Source of the DNA: a virus
Strand: one strand, 5' to 3'
Virus record (IMG/VR): IMGVR_UViG_3300017971_000265
Coordinates: 1-64,000 of that record
DNA length: 64,000 bases
Both the position numbers and the translations under genes were made by a program. Positions 56,821 to 64,000 of the stretch are shown here, piece by piece (the stretch's first letter is position 1; each line of letters opens with the position of its first letter). The notes beneath the pieces are model-generated. The model was not told the origin of the DNA and did no database searches. It worked only from the letters and a program-made list of their open reading frames with translations.

Positions 56821-57119
56821 CGGTTAGAATTAGAAGGGGGAGTTCGAGGTTGGTACATTCCACATTAGTCGTCATTGATGGCGTAGAGTTTTGGACCAGG
56901 CCGAATCTGCCAGAGTTGACTCCTTCCAGTATGGATAAACAGCATCTTGTTGCAGATCCTGAGCGAATCGATTCTATCGCTAATGCTCGTTACAAAAGGG
57001 ATGATTGGTGGTGGGTCTTGGCTCACCGCAATGATCTCAGATTGTTGCCCAGTGCGCTCATTCCGGGACAATCAATTATCGTTACCGATGTGACGCAGGT
57101 TCGCAGGGAGTTATTCTAG
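56817..57119 (+). CDS. LysM-like baseplate protein (gp53/tail X-like)
   Basis: ERIDSIA..RY....WWVLA..N. Confidence 0.75.
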   Translation: MTVRIRRGSSRLVHSTLVVIDGVEFWTRPNLPELTPSSMDKQHLVADPERIDSIANARYKRDDWWWVLAHRNDLRLLPSALIPGQSIIVTDVTQVRRELF

Positions 57120-58495
57120 TGGCCTTTCGTAGTGTTTTTGTCGATGCGAAAATTGCTAATCCAAAGACTGGAAGGGCCATTTCGCTTAACGTTATCAATG
57201 GGATAGATACAATTCCTTATCTTCAGAGTGTACAGATATCATTGGTACGTGGAATTGCCTCGGAAATGTCTGTTGTTTTTGCTCCACCTTATGAGAAGGC
57301 CCTTGAATTGATTTCTGTAGACAATGAATGGTTTCATGTCGGCAATACATTAGGAATACGGTGGGGGTATTCGGATATTAGTGGGGCAATGTCTGATTGG
57401 CACTATGGATTTATGTTGCGACCAGAGGTTTCTTTTGGCGAGGAGATCACTGTAACAATTCCAGCCACCACATTGGCGTTTCAAGCTGATCGTTTGGGAC
57501 GTCTTCGGGACTGGGCAGCTGATGGTCCGACGAATTTTAAAACAATTGCAGAAACAATTGCTAAGCGATACGGGATGGAGGTGGAGTTTAAAATAAGGAA
57601 TTCGGCAGTTGAAACACTTGCCGAGTATTATCGGGACTCATTTGTTCAGGGAGGACGGACTGATTTGCAATTCCTAACATTGGAGGCAGAGAAGGTAGGG
57701 TTGCGATTAGTGATTCAGAATCAAAAATTTATTTTTGCAGATCCAGCGGCAACATATCATGACGATATTAAGACCAGTGCGAATTTTCGCATGTATGGCA
57801 AAATTGATATTGCGAAAAACGAGTTTCCGCTTATGTCTTTTACTCCTACCAGTTTGGGAACTTTGTTTCTTCAGGATTTTCAAGGGGTAGGCACTGTGCC
57901 CAATGGTCCCAATGATGATCCCGAGGCAGATTCAGGTATAGTTGTTTCTGCCGATACCGATACAAAAAATGTTTCTCCCTCTTTTTCTGCGAAGAAGACA
58001 CAGGCTGCGCCTCCCTCAGAGGATGGTCAACCCCCACGGGATATGGGCGACGTCAAGGTTAAGTCAATAATTGCTAAGCGGGAAAATGAAGATGAAGCAG
58101 GTCGGCACTTTTATTTTCCGCGTGATGGGAAAGAGCCGAGTGACATCATAGAAGCCCAAGTGTCTGCGTATAGGGAGGCTCAGGAGGCGGGGCATGGCAT
58201 TTTGGTCGATTTCTCTGCTTTTGCACTACCTCACCTTTTGCCTGGAATGTTTGTGGGAATAGCAGGGGTGGGCGACTATTTTACCGGGAATTATATGTTG
58301 AATAAGGTGGATCTAAAAGTGGAAGCTGGAGGGGCCGATATGGATTGTGAAGCTTTTGCCAGGGGATTTCCAGGTGTCGACGAATCATTGGATGTGTTTA
58401 GTGGGAATTTCTATAGTTACGAAGAGGTCTCTGAGGGGACTTTGCTGGACTTTTTAGATCAGTCGATAACGGCCACTGAGGGGGAAATGGGATAA
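57119..58495 (+). CDS. Baseplate hub (gp27/late control D-like)
   Basis: IRWGY, Q...TDLQFL..A, P.L.PG..V.I.GVG..F.GNY. Confidence 0.75.
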   Translation: MAFRSVFVDAKIANPKTGRAISLNVINGIDTIPYLQSVQISLVRGIASEMSVVFAPPYEKALELISVDNEWFHVGNTLGIRWGYSDISGAMSDWHYGFMLRPEVSFGEEITVTIPATTLAFQADRLGRLRDWAADGPTNFKTIAETIAKRYGMEVEFKIRNSAVETLAEYYRDSFVQGGRTDLQFLTLEAEKVGLRLVIQNQKFIFADPAATYHDDIKTSANFRMYGKIDIAKNEFPLMSFTPTSLGTLFLQDFQGVGTVPNGPNDDPEADSGIVVSADTDTKNVSPSFSAKKTQAAPPSEDGQPPRDMGDVKVKSIIAKRENEDEAGRHFYFPRDGKEPSDIIEAQVSAYREAQEAGHGILVDFSAFALPHLLPGMFVGIAGVGDYFTGNYMLNKVDLKVEAGGADMDCEAFARGFPGVDESLDVFSGNFYSYEEVSEGTLLDFLDQSITATEGEMG

Positions 58496-59424
58496 TGGGA
58501 GTCTTGTTTCGGAATTTTTTAGATAACCTTCTCCAGCATGGCTTGGAGTATTTTCAGCTCTACTATTCGGAGTATGACGGGGTATGTGTCAACAACGAAG
58601 ATCCCGAGGAGCAGGGGCGCATAAAAGTAAAGGTGCCACAGGTGGGAGGGAATAAGCCGTTGGGAGCGTGGGCGTGGCCGAGACCCCTGTGGGGTGGCAG
58701 AAATAAGGGGTCTTTTTTCCCCCCAGACGTCGGTGATCCCGTGGGAGTTACGTTTAGGGGTGGGAATCCGTCCTATCCTCGATATTCTGGTGGATCATGG
58801 CCCAATGTGGGGGGGAGCGATAATTTTTATCCCATTGGTGGATATGTTGATGGAAAGCCGGTTGTTCGAGGTTTTCGTACCAAGGCTGGACATGAACTGA
58901 CATTTAGCGATGAGGAGGGGAAGCCTGGATGCAAATTTATTTGGCACGATCCAGTTAGTGATAGGTACAGTTTTATCGCCTTTACCGAAGATGGCAGTAT
59001 CCAGATGGCTACACATGTTGGATCGTTCTTGGAGATGCGAGCCAAAGAAGATGGTGAGTTGAATATGTTGGTGGATAAGAATGGAAATTCCATTATTCAG
59101 GATCAGGATGGAATCAAAGTGGTAGATGCGAGTGGGAATGTGTTTGAGTTAAGGGAGGGTATGGTTCAGATCATTGGAACAAAGGATGTTGTGGTAAATT
59201 CGCAAAGCGTCAATCTGAAGACGGGAGGTGTGACAGTGGGGGATGTGGCAACGGATAGTGCGGTCAAGGGGACGTCGTGGCTCGCGTGGTGGACCGGCAC
59301 GGTTCTCACCTGGCTCTTGGCGCATACTCATCCAACAGGGGTAGGGCCGAGTGGGCCACCAGCTCCTCCTGTGTTGCAACCTCCATCTCCAACATTGTTG
59401 ACGGACAAATTGAAGATGCAATGA
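58495..59424 (+). CDS. Baseplate spike (gp5/gpV/VgrG OB-fold)
   Basis: DPE.QGRIKVKVP, FFPP.VGD.V.V.F..G.P and C-terminal HTH motif. Confidence 0.85.
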   Translation: MGVLFRNFLDNLLQHGLEYFQLYYSEYDGVCVNNEDPEEQGRIKVKVPQVGGNKPLGAWAWPRPLWGGRNKGSFFPPDVGDPVGVTFRGGNPSYPRYSGGSWPNVGGSDNFYPIGGYVDGKPVVRGFRTKAGHELTFSDEEGKPGCKFIWHDPVSDRYSFIAFTEDGSIQMATHVGSFLEMRAKEDGELNMLVDKNGNSIIQDQDGIKVVDASGNVFELREGMVQIIGTKDVVVNSQSVNLKTGGVTVGDVATDSAVKGTSWLAWWTGTVLTWLLAHTHPTGVGPSGPPAPPVLQPPSPTLLTDKLKMQ

Positions 59425-59433
59425 GAATAAGAG

Positions 59434-59796
59434 ATGAGCAGATGTACATTTCCCCCATTTCCTCCCTCGATAGGTTTGCCGGGAATTCCTGCGGCACCAA
59501 GCCCTCCGGGGATACCAAGTGTTCCCACCATGCCATCTCGACCTACATTTGCGGTAGACGTTTCTGTTCCCCCATTTCCTCCCTCGATAGGTTTGCCGGG
59601 AATTCCTGCGGCACCAAGCCCTCCGGGGATACCAAGTGTTCCCACCATGCCATCTCGGCCTACATTTGCGGTAGATGTTTCTGTCCCCCCATTTCCTCCC
59701 TCGATAGGTTTGCCGGGAATTCCTGCGGCACCAAGCCTTCCGGGGATACCAAGTGTCCCCACCATGCCATCTCTGCCGGGTTGTCCCATCGATTAG
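59434..59796 (+). CDS. Pro-rich protein of 39-aa tandem repeats
   Basis: PPFPPSIGLPGIPAAPSPPGIPSVPTMPSRPTFAVDVSV x~2.8. Confidence 0.65.
   Translation: MSRCTFPPFPPSIGLPGIPAAPSPPGIPSVPTMPSRPTFAVDVSVPPFPPSIGLPGIPAAPSPPGIPSVPTMPSRPTFAVDVSVPPFPPSIGLPGIPAAPSLPGIPSVPTMPSLPGCPID
59451..59772 (+). repeat. 117-bp tandem repeat, ~2.8 copies
   Basis: cccatttcctccctcgataggtttgcc recurs at 59454, 59571 and 59688. Confidence 0.95.
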
Positions 59797-59802
59797 GGGG
59801 AT

Positions 59803-60300
59803 ATGATGCCACTTGATATGTCGTCATTGGCGAGGGGATTAGCTGCTATTTTTAAGAGCTGGCCCTCAAATGGGACAGAGGCAGCGTCTAAGATCGCGGA
59901 GGAATATGATAAATATTGCAGGAAAGGAAAGGCTCCACCGGGATCACCCGTCTTCACAGGGGCCGAGAAGCCTGCCTTAGCTTCTGTTTTAGCTGGAGCC
60001 ATAGGTGCGCCAGGGGGATCAGCTGCGGCGGCAGCGGCGGCTTTCTCGTCGGGCATACAGGCATATTGGTTGTCACCCCCGGTTCCTTTTGTGGGAGGGG
60101 CGGCAAGTGGGGTAAGTTCGGCCATGCCAGGAGCTGCGGCTATTATCGGACCTCTCACGGGAGCGTTGTCAAATCTGGCCAATAGTGAGGAAGCTATTGG
60201 TCAGCAGATCGCGTCTCAACTCGATGCAGCTACCAGGACTGTTTTGGTCATATTTGCAACACCAACATCGGGACCACCACCACCGGCAACTGTAATATAG
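59803..60300 (+). CDS. Ala/Pro/Gly-rich baseplate-region protein
   Basis: AGGGGG RBS; between spike and gp25. Confidence 0.65.
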   Translation: MMPLDMSSLARGLAAIFKSWPSNGTEAASKIAEEYDKYCRKGKAPPGSPVFTGAEKPALASVLAGAIGAPGGSAAAAAAAFSSGIQAYWLSPPVPFVGGAASGVSSAMPGAAAIIGPLTGALSNLANSEEAIGQQIASQLDAATRTVLVIFATPTSGPPPPATVI

Positions 60301-60309
60301 GAGGGTGGG

Positions 60310-60687
60310 ATGACAATATCGGGAGTAATAGGAATTTCATGGCCCTGGAACACGTTTCCTGTCTGGGTAGAGAATGATGACGTCATCGGTTTGGCCATTA
60401 ACGATATCGTTTTTACTGCTTTGGGTGAGAGGAAGATGAACTCTAATTTTGGCAGCGAGGCGATGCGTCTAGTCTTTGAAAACAGGGGAGAACTGCTTGA
60501 AGCCCTTGCTCGCAGGGAACTTTCCCTAGCGATACGGCAACATTTGCCCAGTGTTAGTGTGCTAAACATTGACGTTATCGAGGCTGCGACGGATACTGAT
60601 CCAGATAGAATAGTGGTCGATTATGAATATCTAGGTGTGAGAGGGAGAGCAATTACTGACATTTCTGCCTCAGAGGTGAGTCGATGA
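60310..60687 (+). CDS. Baseplate wedge gp25/GPW-like
   Basis: I..IVFT..GER.M..NFGS....LVFE. Confidence 0.85.
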   Translation: MTISGVIGISWPWNTFPVWVENDDVIGLAINDIVFTALGERKMNSNFGSEAMRLVFENRGELLEALARRELSLAIRQHLPSVSVLNIDVIEAATDTDPDRIVVDYEYLGVRGRAITDISASEVSR

Positions 60688-63404
60688 TACTTGCAGTACC
60701 AGAATATAGTTCGGCACCAGCTGCTCCGGCTCAGTGGGATCGGTACTACAATACTTCTGACGACAAGTTATATATTCAGACCGTGGCAGTTGGTAGCCCC
60801 ACATATCCGGCCTGGGTAGAGATAGAAGAGGGTGCTGCGGTTCGAGAGAGCATGCGGCGTGAGATTACGCTAACCAGGTCGAAGTATTCGGCAAAGGATT
60901 ATCAAACATTTCTGGATGCTACGATTGCTTATATTGCGGAGAGATGGGGCGATAGTTTTAATGATTTCATGTCGAGCGATGCGGCTATGATGATTGCTGA
61001 ATATGTAGCAGCTGCGTTTGACCAGATGAGTTGGTACTTAGATCGAGAGATCGATGATCATTATATGGAGTTGGCACGAGTCGCAAGCAATGTGGCCCGG
61101 CTCGCGAGGTATTTGGGATATAAGCCTACTGCTTCTGTTGCTGCCTCGGCAGATTTGACGGTGACTCTGCCTGATGGTCCTTACTCGTTTGACGTCCCAC
61201 TTAGGGCGGGGCATCAATTTGAGGGTCCGAACGGATTGATTTTTGAGTTGGGGACGGATCAAGTAATTTCGGCAAGTGAGACTGAGAAGGAGGATCTTGG
61301 GGTTTATCAGGGACAGACCTATGTTGAAGTCTTTACTTCAGATGGTACGCCCAACCAAACCTTTGATTTATCTCTCGTTCCGGGGGATGAATATCTCGCG
61401 CAGCAGAAGACGTATCTGACGGTAGATTTGGATGAGTGGACAGAGGAAGATTATTTGCCCTATGGCCAGTTAGATGTTTACGAGATATCTTATTTGACGT
61501 CCCCGCCTAAGTTGAAATTTGGCGATGGAGTTATTGGGAAAATTCCACCTGACGGTGCCGAGATTAGGGTTAGCTATGTAGCTACTAAGGGGAAAAGTGC
61601 TACTCTGGCCACGTCGGGAACGATTACTACGAGCCTCACAACAGTTGTGGTCAATTTCCAAGAAATACCAATTGAGGTTACGAATCCTATCACGGCAAGT
61701 GGAGGTGCGGATTCGGAATCGTTAGAGAGTATCAAGGCAGAAGCACCTCGCTATTTCTTGGCGGCTGAAAGACTTGTTACGAAGGGGGATTATGAAGCGC
61801 TTGCGGGGCAGTTTAGCTCTATCTCGGGAGCGGTGGCAAAGGCGAATGCGATTATTGTGAGGGGAGTAGAGGATGATTTGGAGCTGCAAGCCTTAATGGA
61901 TGCAGTCGTAGCCAATAGGGTAGCTTTGGATAGCTATCTGGACACTATTGAGACGAACCAAGACGACATAAAGGCTAAGACGGGGGATACTGGCACTGCG
62001 GACACTATTCGATATGAAGTAGAGGCGGCAAAGGGTAAAAATACAGATATTCGCTCAAAAACAGATCAGATTGATACTCAGGTAGGGGTGGTTAAGGGGC
62101 ATATTTCGGATTGTCGAGACAATATCGATTTGGCTAGGACGCGGCTTGCTTTTTTGCCCTATCAGCACATGATCGGCCAAGGGGACGGGTTGGCTACTGT
62201 TTTTTCTTCTTTTCTTCCCATGGTGCCAATTAGGGAGGGTTCTGTAACTGTTCTAGTGGGGAGCCAAGATGAGGAGAAGTCAGGCACAGATGGGGATTGC
62301 GATACAACTCCGGGGAGGTTGCGGGCAACGGTAGTTCCGGTATTTTCTTCTGACGACGTGGGAAAGCTAATTAGAATCGGTGGAGAATATAGGCAGATTC
62401 AGAAGTATGTGGGAACTTCTGAGATCGAATATAGTGGCCCCAGGATCTATGGAACGGACCTATTGGTGGATGTTTATGAACCTGCCGTGGTTGGATATGA
62501 TGATGGGGCGGGTAATATTTCAGGAAACGGAATTAGCATGGGGACCGTTTCATATAGCTCGGGTTTTTTATCAATTGCGCTCACGGTAGTTCCGGCTGGA
62601 ATTTCTGGTAAGTACGGTGTGCCAATTATGTGTACTTTTCAATATAAGGGGGAAGCGATACGGGAGATTTTGGAAGATGCCGATACAGATGCGGGAGAAG
62701 CGGATACGGGCACGGACACTTTTTCTACCCAGGGCAATGCGATAGATGGGTACGCAGATGACTCCGATGATAGTCTTGATAAAATTGACGAAATCAGTGA
62801 CGACATAGATGCAGAGGCGAATAATTCTCAGACAATCATAGCTAGTGCCAGGAACGTTCCTGACCAGATTCAGAATGATATCGATGATCTGAGTGAATAC
62901 TTAGATGAGATGCTTTCGGATGTTTGCAAGGCCAATATCGTTCGTGTCTCATGTCTAGTCTTGGATTCTGAAGGATTTTATACGGCTCCTACAGAGGCTC
63001 TGAAGCAAGATTTGAAGACATATCTGGATGAACGCAAAATCGTAACGGTTCAGAATAGTGTTGTGGGTGGCGAATTTTACCTGGTAAAGGCGAAGCTTAA
63101 TATTGAGGTTAAGATCTTACCTCTTTTTGTTTTTCAAACAGTGAGTGCTCTAATAGAGGCGGCTATTGATGAGATGTTTAAGGGACGAGACTATAAGCAG
63201 CCGCTACTTAGAAGTGAATATTATAGTGTGATAGATGCTATTGATGGAGTGGATTATCACAATACCACTATTTCGGATACGGATTATGTCGACACAGACA
63301 ATACGGGAACAGCCCCGGTTGCTGATAGCGATGGAAATCTGTTTGTTGGAGACTACGAAGTGATTACCAAGTGGGACGTCACTATTACGCAGATCGAGGA
63401 GTAG
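60684..63404 (+). CDS. Baseplate J / gp6-like wedge protein
   Basis: LARYLGYKP, FGDGVIGKIP, ASGGADSESLESIK, RLVTKGDY. Confidence 0.9.
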   Translation: MILAVPEYSSAPAAPAQWDRYYNTSDDKLYIQTVAVGSPTYPAWVEIEEGAAVRESMRREITLTRSKYSAKDYQTFLDATIAYIAERWGDSFNDFMSSDAAMMIAEYVAAAFDQMSWYLDREIDDHYMELARVASNVARLARYLGYKPTASVAASADLTVTLPDGPYSFDVPLRAGHQFEGPNGLIFELGTDQVISASETEKEDLGVYQGQTYVEVFTSDGTPNQTFDLSLVPGDEYLAQQKTYLTVDLDEWTEEDYLPYGQLDVYEISYLTSPPKLKFGDGVIGKIPPDGAEIRVSYVATKGKSATLATSGTITTSLTTVVVNFQEIPIEVTNPITASGGADSESLESIKAEAPRYFLAAERLVTKGDYEALAGQFSSISGAVAKANAIIVRGVEDDLELQALMDAVVANRVALDSYLDTIETNQDDIKAKTGDTGTADTIRYEVEAAKGKNTDIRSKTDQIDTQVGVVKGHISDCRDNIDLARTRLAFLPYQHMIGQGDGLATVFSSFLPMVPIREGSVTVLVGSQDEEKSGTDGDCDTTPGRLRATVVPVFSSDDVGKLIRIGGEYRQIQKYVGTSEIEYSGPRIYGTDLLVDVYEPAVVGYDDGAGNISGNGISMGTVSYSSGFLSIALTVVPAGISGKYGVPIMCTFQYKGEAIREILEDADTDAGEADTGTDTFSTQGNAIDGYADDSDDSLDKIDEISDDIDAEANNSQTIIASARNVPDQIQNDIDDLSEYLDEMLSDVCKANIVRVSCLVLDSEGFYTAPTEALKQDLKTYLDERKIVTVQNSVVGGEFYLVKAKLNIEVKILPLFVFQTVSALIEAAIDEMFKGRDYKQPLLRSEYYSVIDAIDGVDYHNTTISDTDYVDTDNTGTAPVADSDGNLFVGDYEVITKWDVTITQIEE

Positions 63405-63407
63405 ACG

Positions 63408-64000
63408 ATGGCAAAGGGAATAACTGCTAAACTAGGATGGATCTACCCCTCGGAGGGACAAGAGACATGGTATCAAATCTTTCAGACCCTTATTGGTCAA
63501 CAAGATGCTGATGTTTATTCTGCCCTGGAAGATCCTAATCTTTGGCTGAGGGGGGGCGGGATTATTTCGCTAGATGCTGGAGCTGACGAGTTGACTTGGA
63601 CAGAGGACATGGAAATATTGGCGATGCTTACGGGTGGCATAATTACTATTACAGCCGATACGTTGACTGGTTTTGAAGATGGCAAGATCGCGTATGTGGA
63701 GGTGGCACGTCCCGTGGTTGGCAGCAGAGAATTGACCCTCCAGGTCGCAGATACTATTGGCGATAACCGCAACAACCTCTTCATAGCGGTGAGGCGGGGG
63801 GACACCGTATATATGCGCAACCAGGTTAATCGAGCCTCGGTTGCGTTGGTGGACACGTTTGGAGCGCTCAAAACTGTGACGTCTTCGGCTGCGAGTGGAG
63901 GAGGAACAGTCACTGGATCAATTGCTGTGGGAGTTGCACAGGCCGGAATGTGGAGAGTCAAGGTTGTGGCCAACGGGAATACGGTGGATTCAACGGTCAA
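63408..64000 (+). CDS. Tail/baseplate-associated protein, truncated by the window edge
   Basis: GAGGAG RBS, ATG 63408, MAKGITAKLGWIYPSEGQETW...; I saw no in-frame stop before the window end. Confidence 0.65.
   Translation, partial: MAKGITAKLGWIYPSEGQETWYQIFQTLIGQQDADVYSALEDPNLWLRGGGIISLDAGADELTWTEDMEILAMLTGGIITITADTLTGFEDGKIAYVEVARPVVGSRELTLQVADTIGDNRNNLFIAVRRGDTVYMRNQVNRASVALVDTFGALKTVTSSAASGGGTVTGSIAVGVAQAGMWRVKVVANGNTVDSTV

Noticed and set aside
1646-60569. Long minus-strand ORFs (e.g. 1646..2356, 19732..20598, 32553..33854, 47363..48175, 52953..53840)
   Set aside because: They are antisense shadows of well-supported + strand genes, with no RBS or recognisable motifs.
47954-63404. Stand-alone contractile injection system or tailocin
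   Set aside because: The tail genes are contiguous with terminase, portal, protease and capsid genes, so this is a phage.
1-64000. Genome-wide stop-codon reassignment
   Set aside because: Conserved genes are intact in the standard code and end at TAA, TAG and TGA with tight packing.

Overview
64 kb of a large contractile-tailed (myovirus-type) bacteriophage genome with T4-superfamily head genes. Almost all genes are on the + strand. About 1-13.5 kb is an accessory/early region with two DNA methyltransferases, an XF1762-like protein, a nucleoside deoxyribosyltransferase-like protein, ASCH, excisionase-like HTH and Zn-finger genes. About 13.5-64 kb is the virion module: terminase, portal, prohead protease/scaffold, major capsid, neck, sheath, two tubes, a frameshifting tail chaperone, tape measure and baseplate. 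Terminase, portal and protease each carry an intein. Three signals are not explained by ordinary annotation. (1) A dispersed element occurs in 8 copies at gene junctions: a ~110-130 bp structured leader containing an anti-repeat, followed in 4 copies by mini-arrays of type I-E-like 26-28 bp repeats with unique, mostly 32-34 bp spacers. No cas genes are in the window. (2) A 1661-aa protein is built from ~18 mostly basic modules joined by EDVELDE linkers that match T4 gp21-type protease sites, and about 20 small genes carry shared N-terminal leaders ending in (L/V/I)-x-E. Together they suggest a capsid-loaded, protease-released cargo system. (3) The palindrome GACGTC is strongly and fairly evenly over-represented. 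Product calls come from motif recognition and synteny only; no database searches were run.
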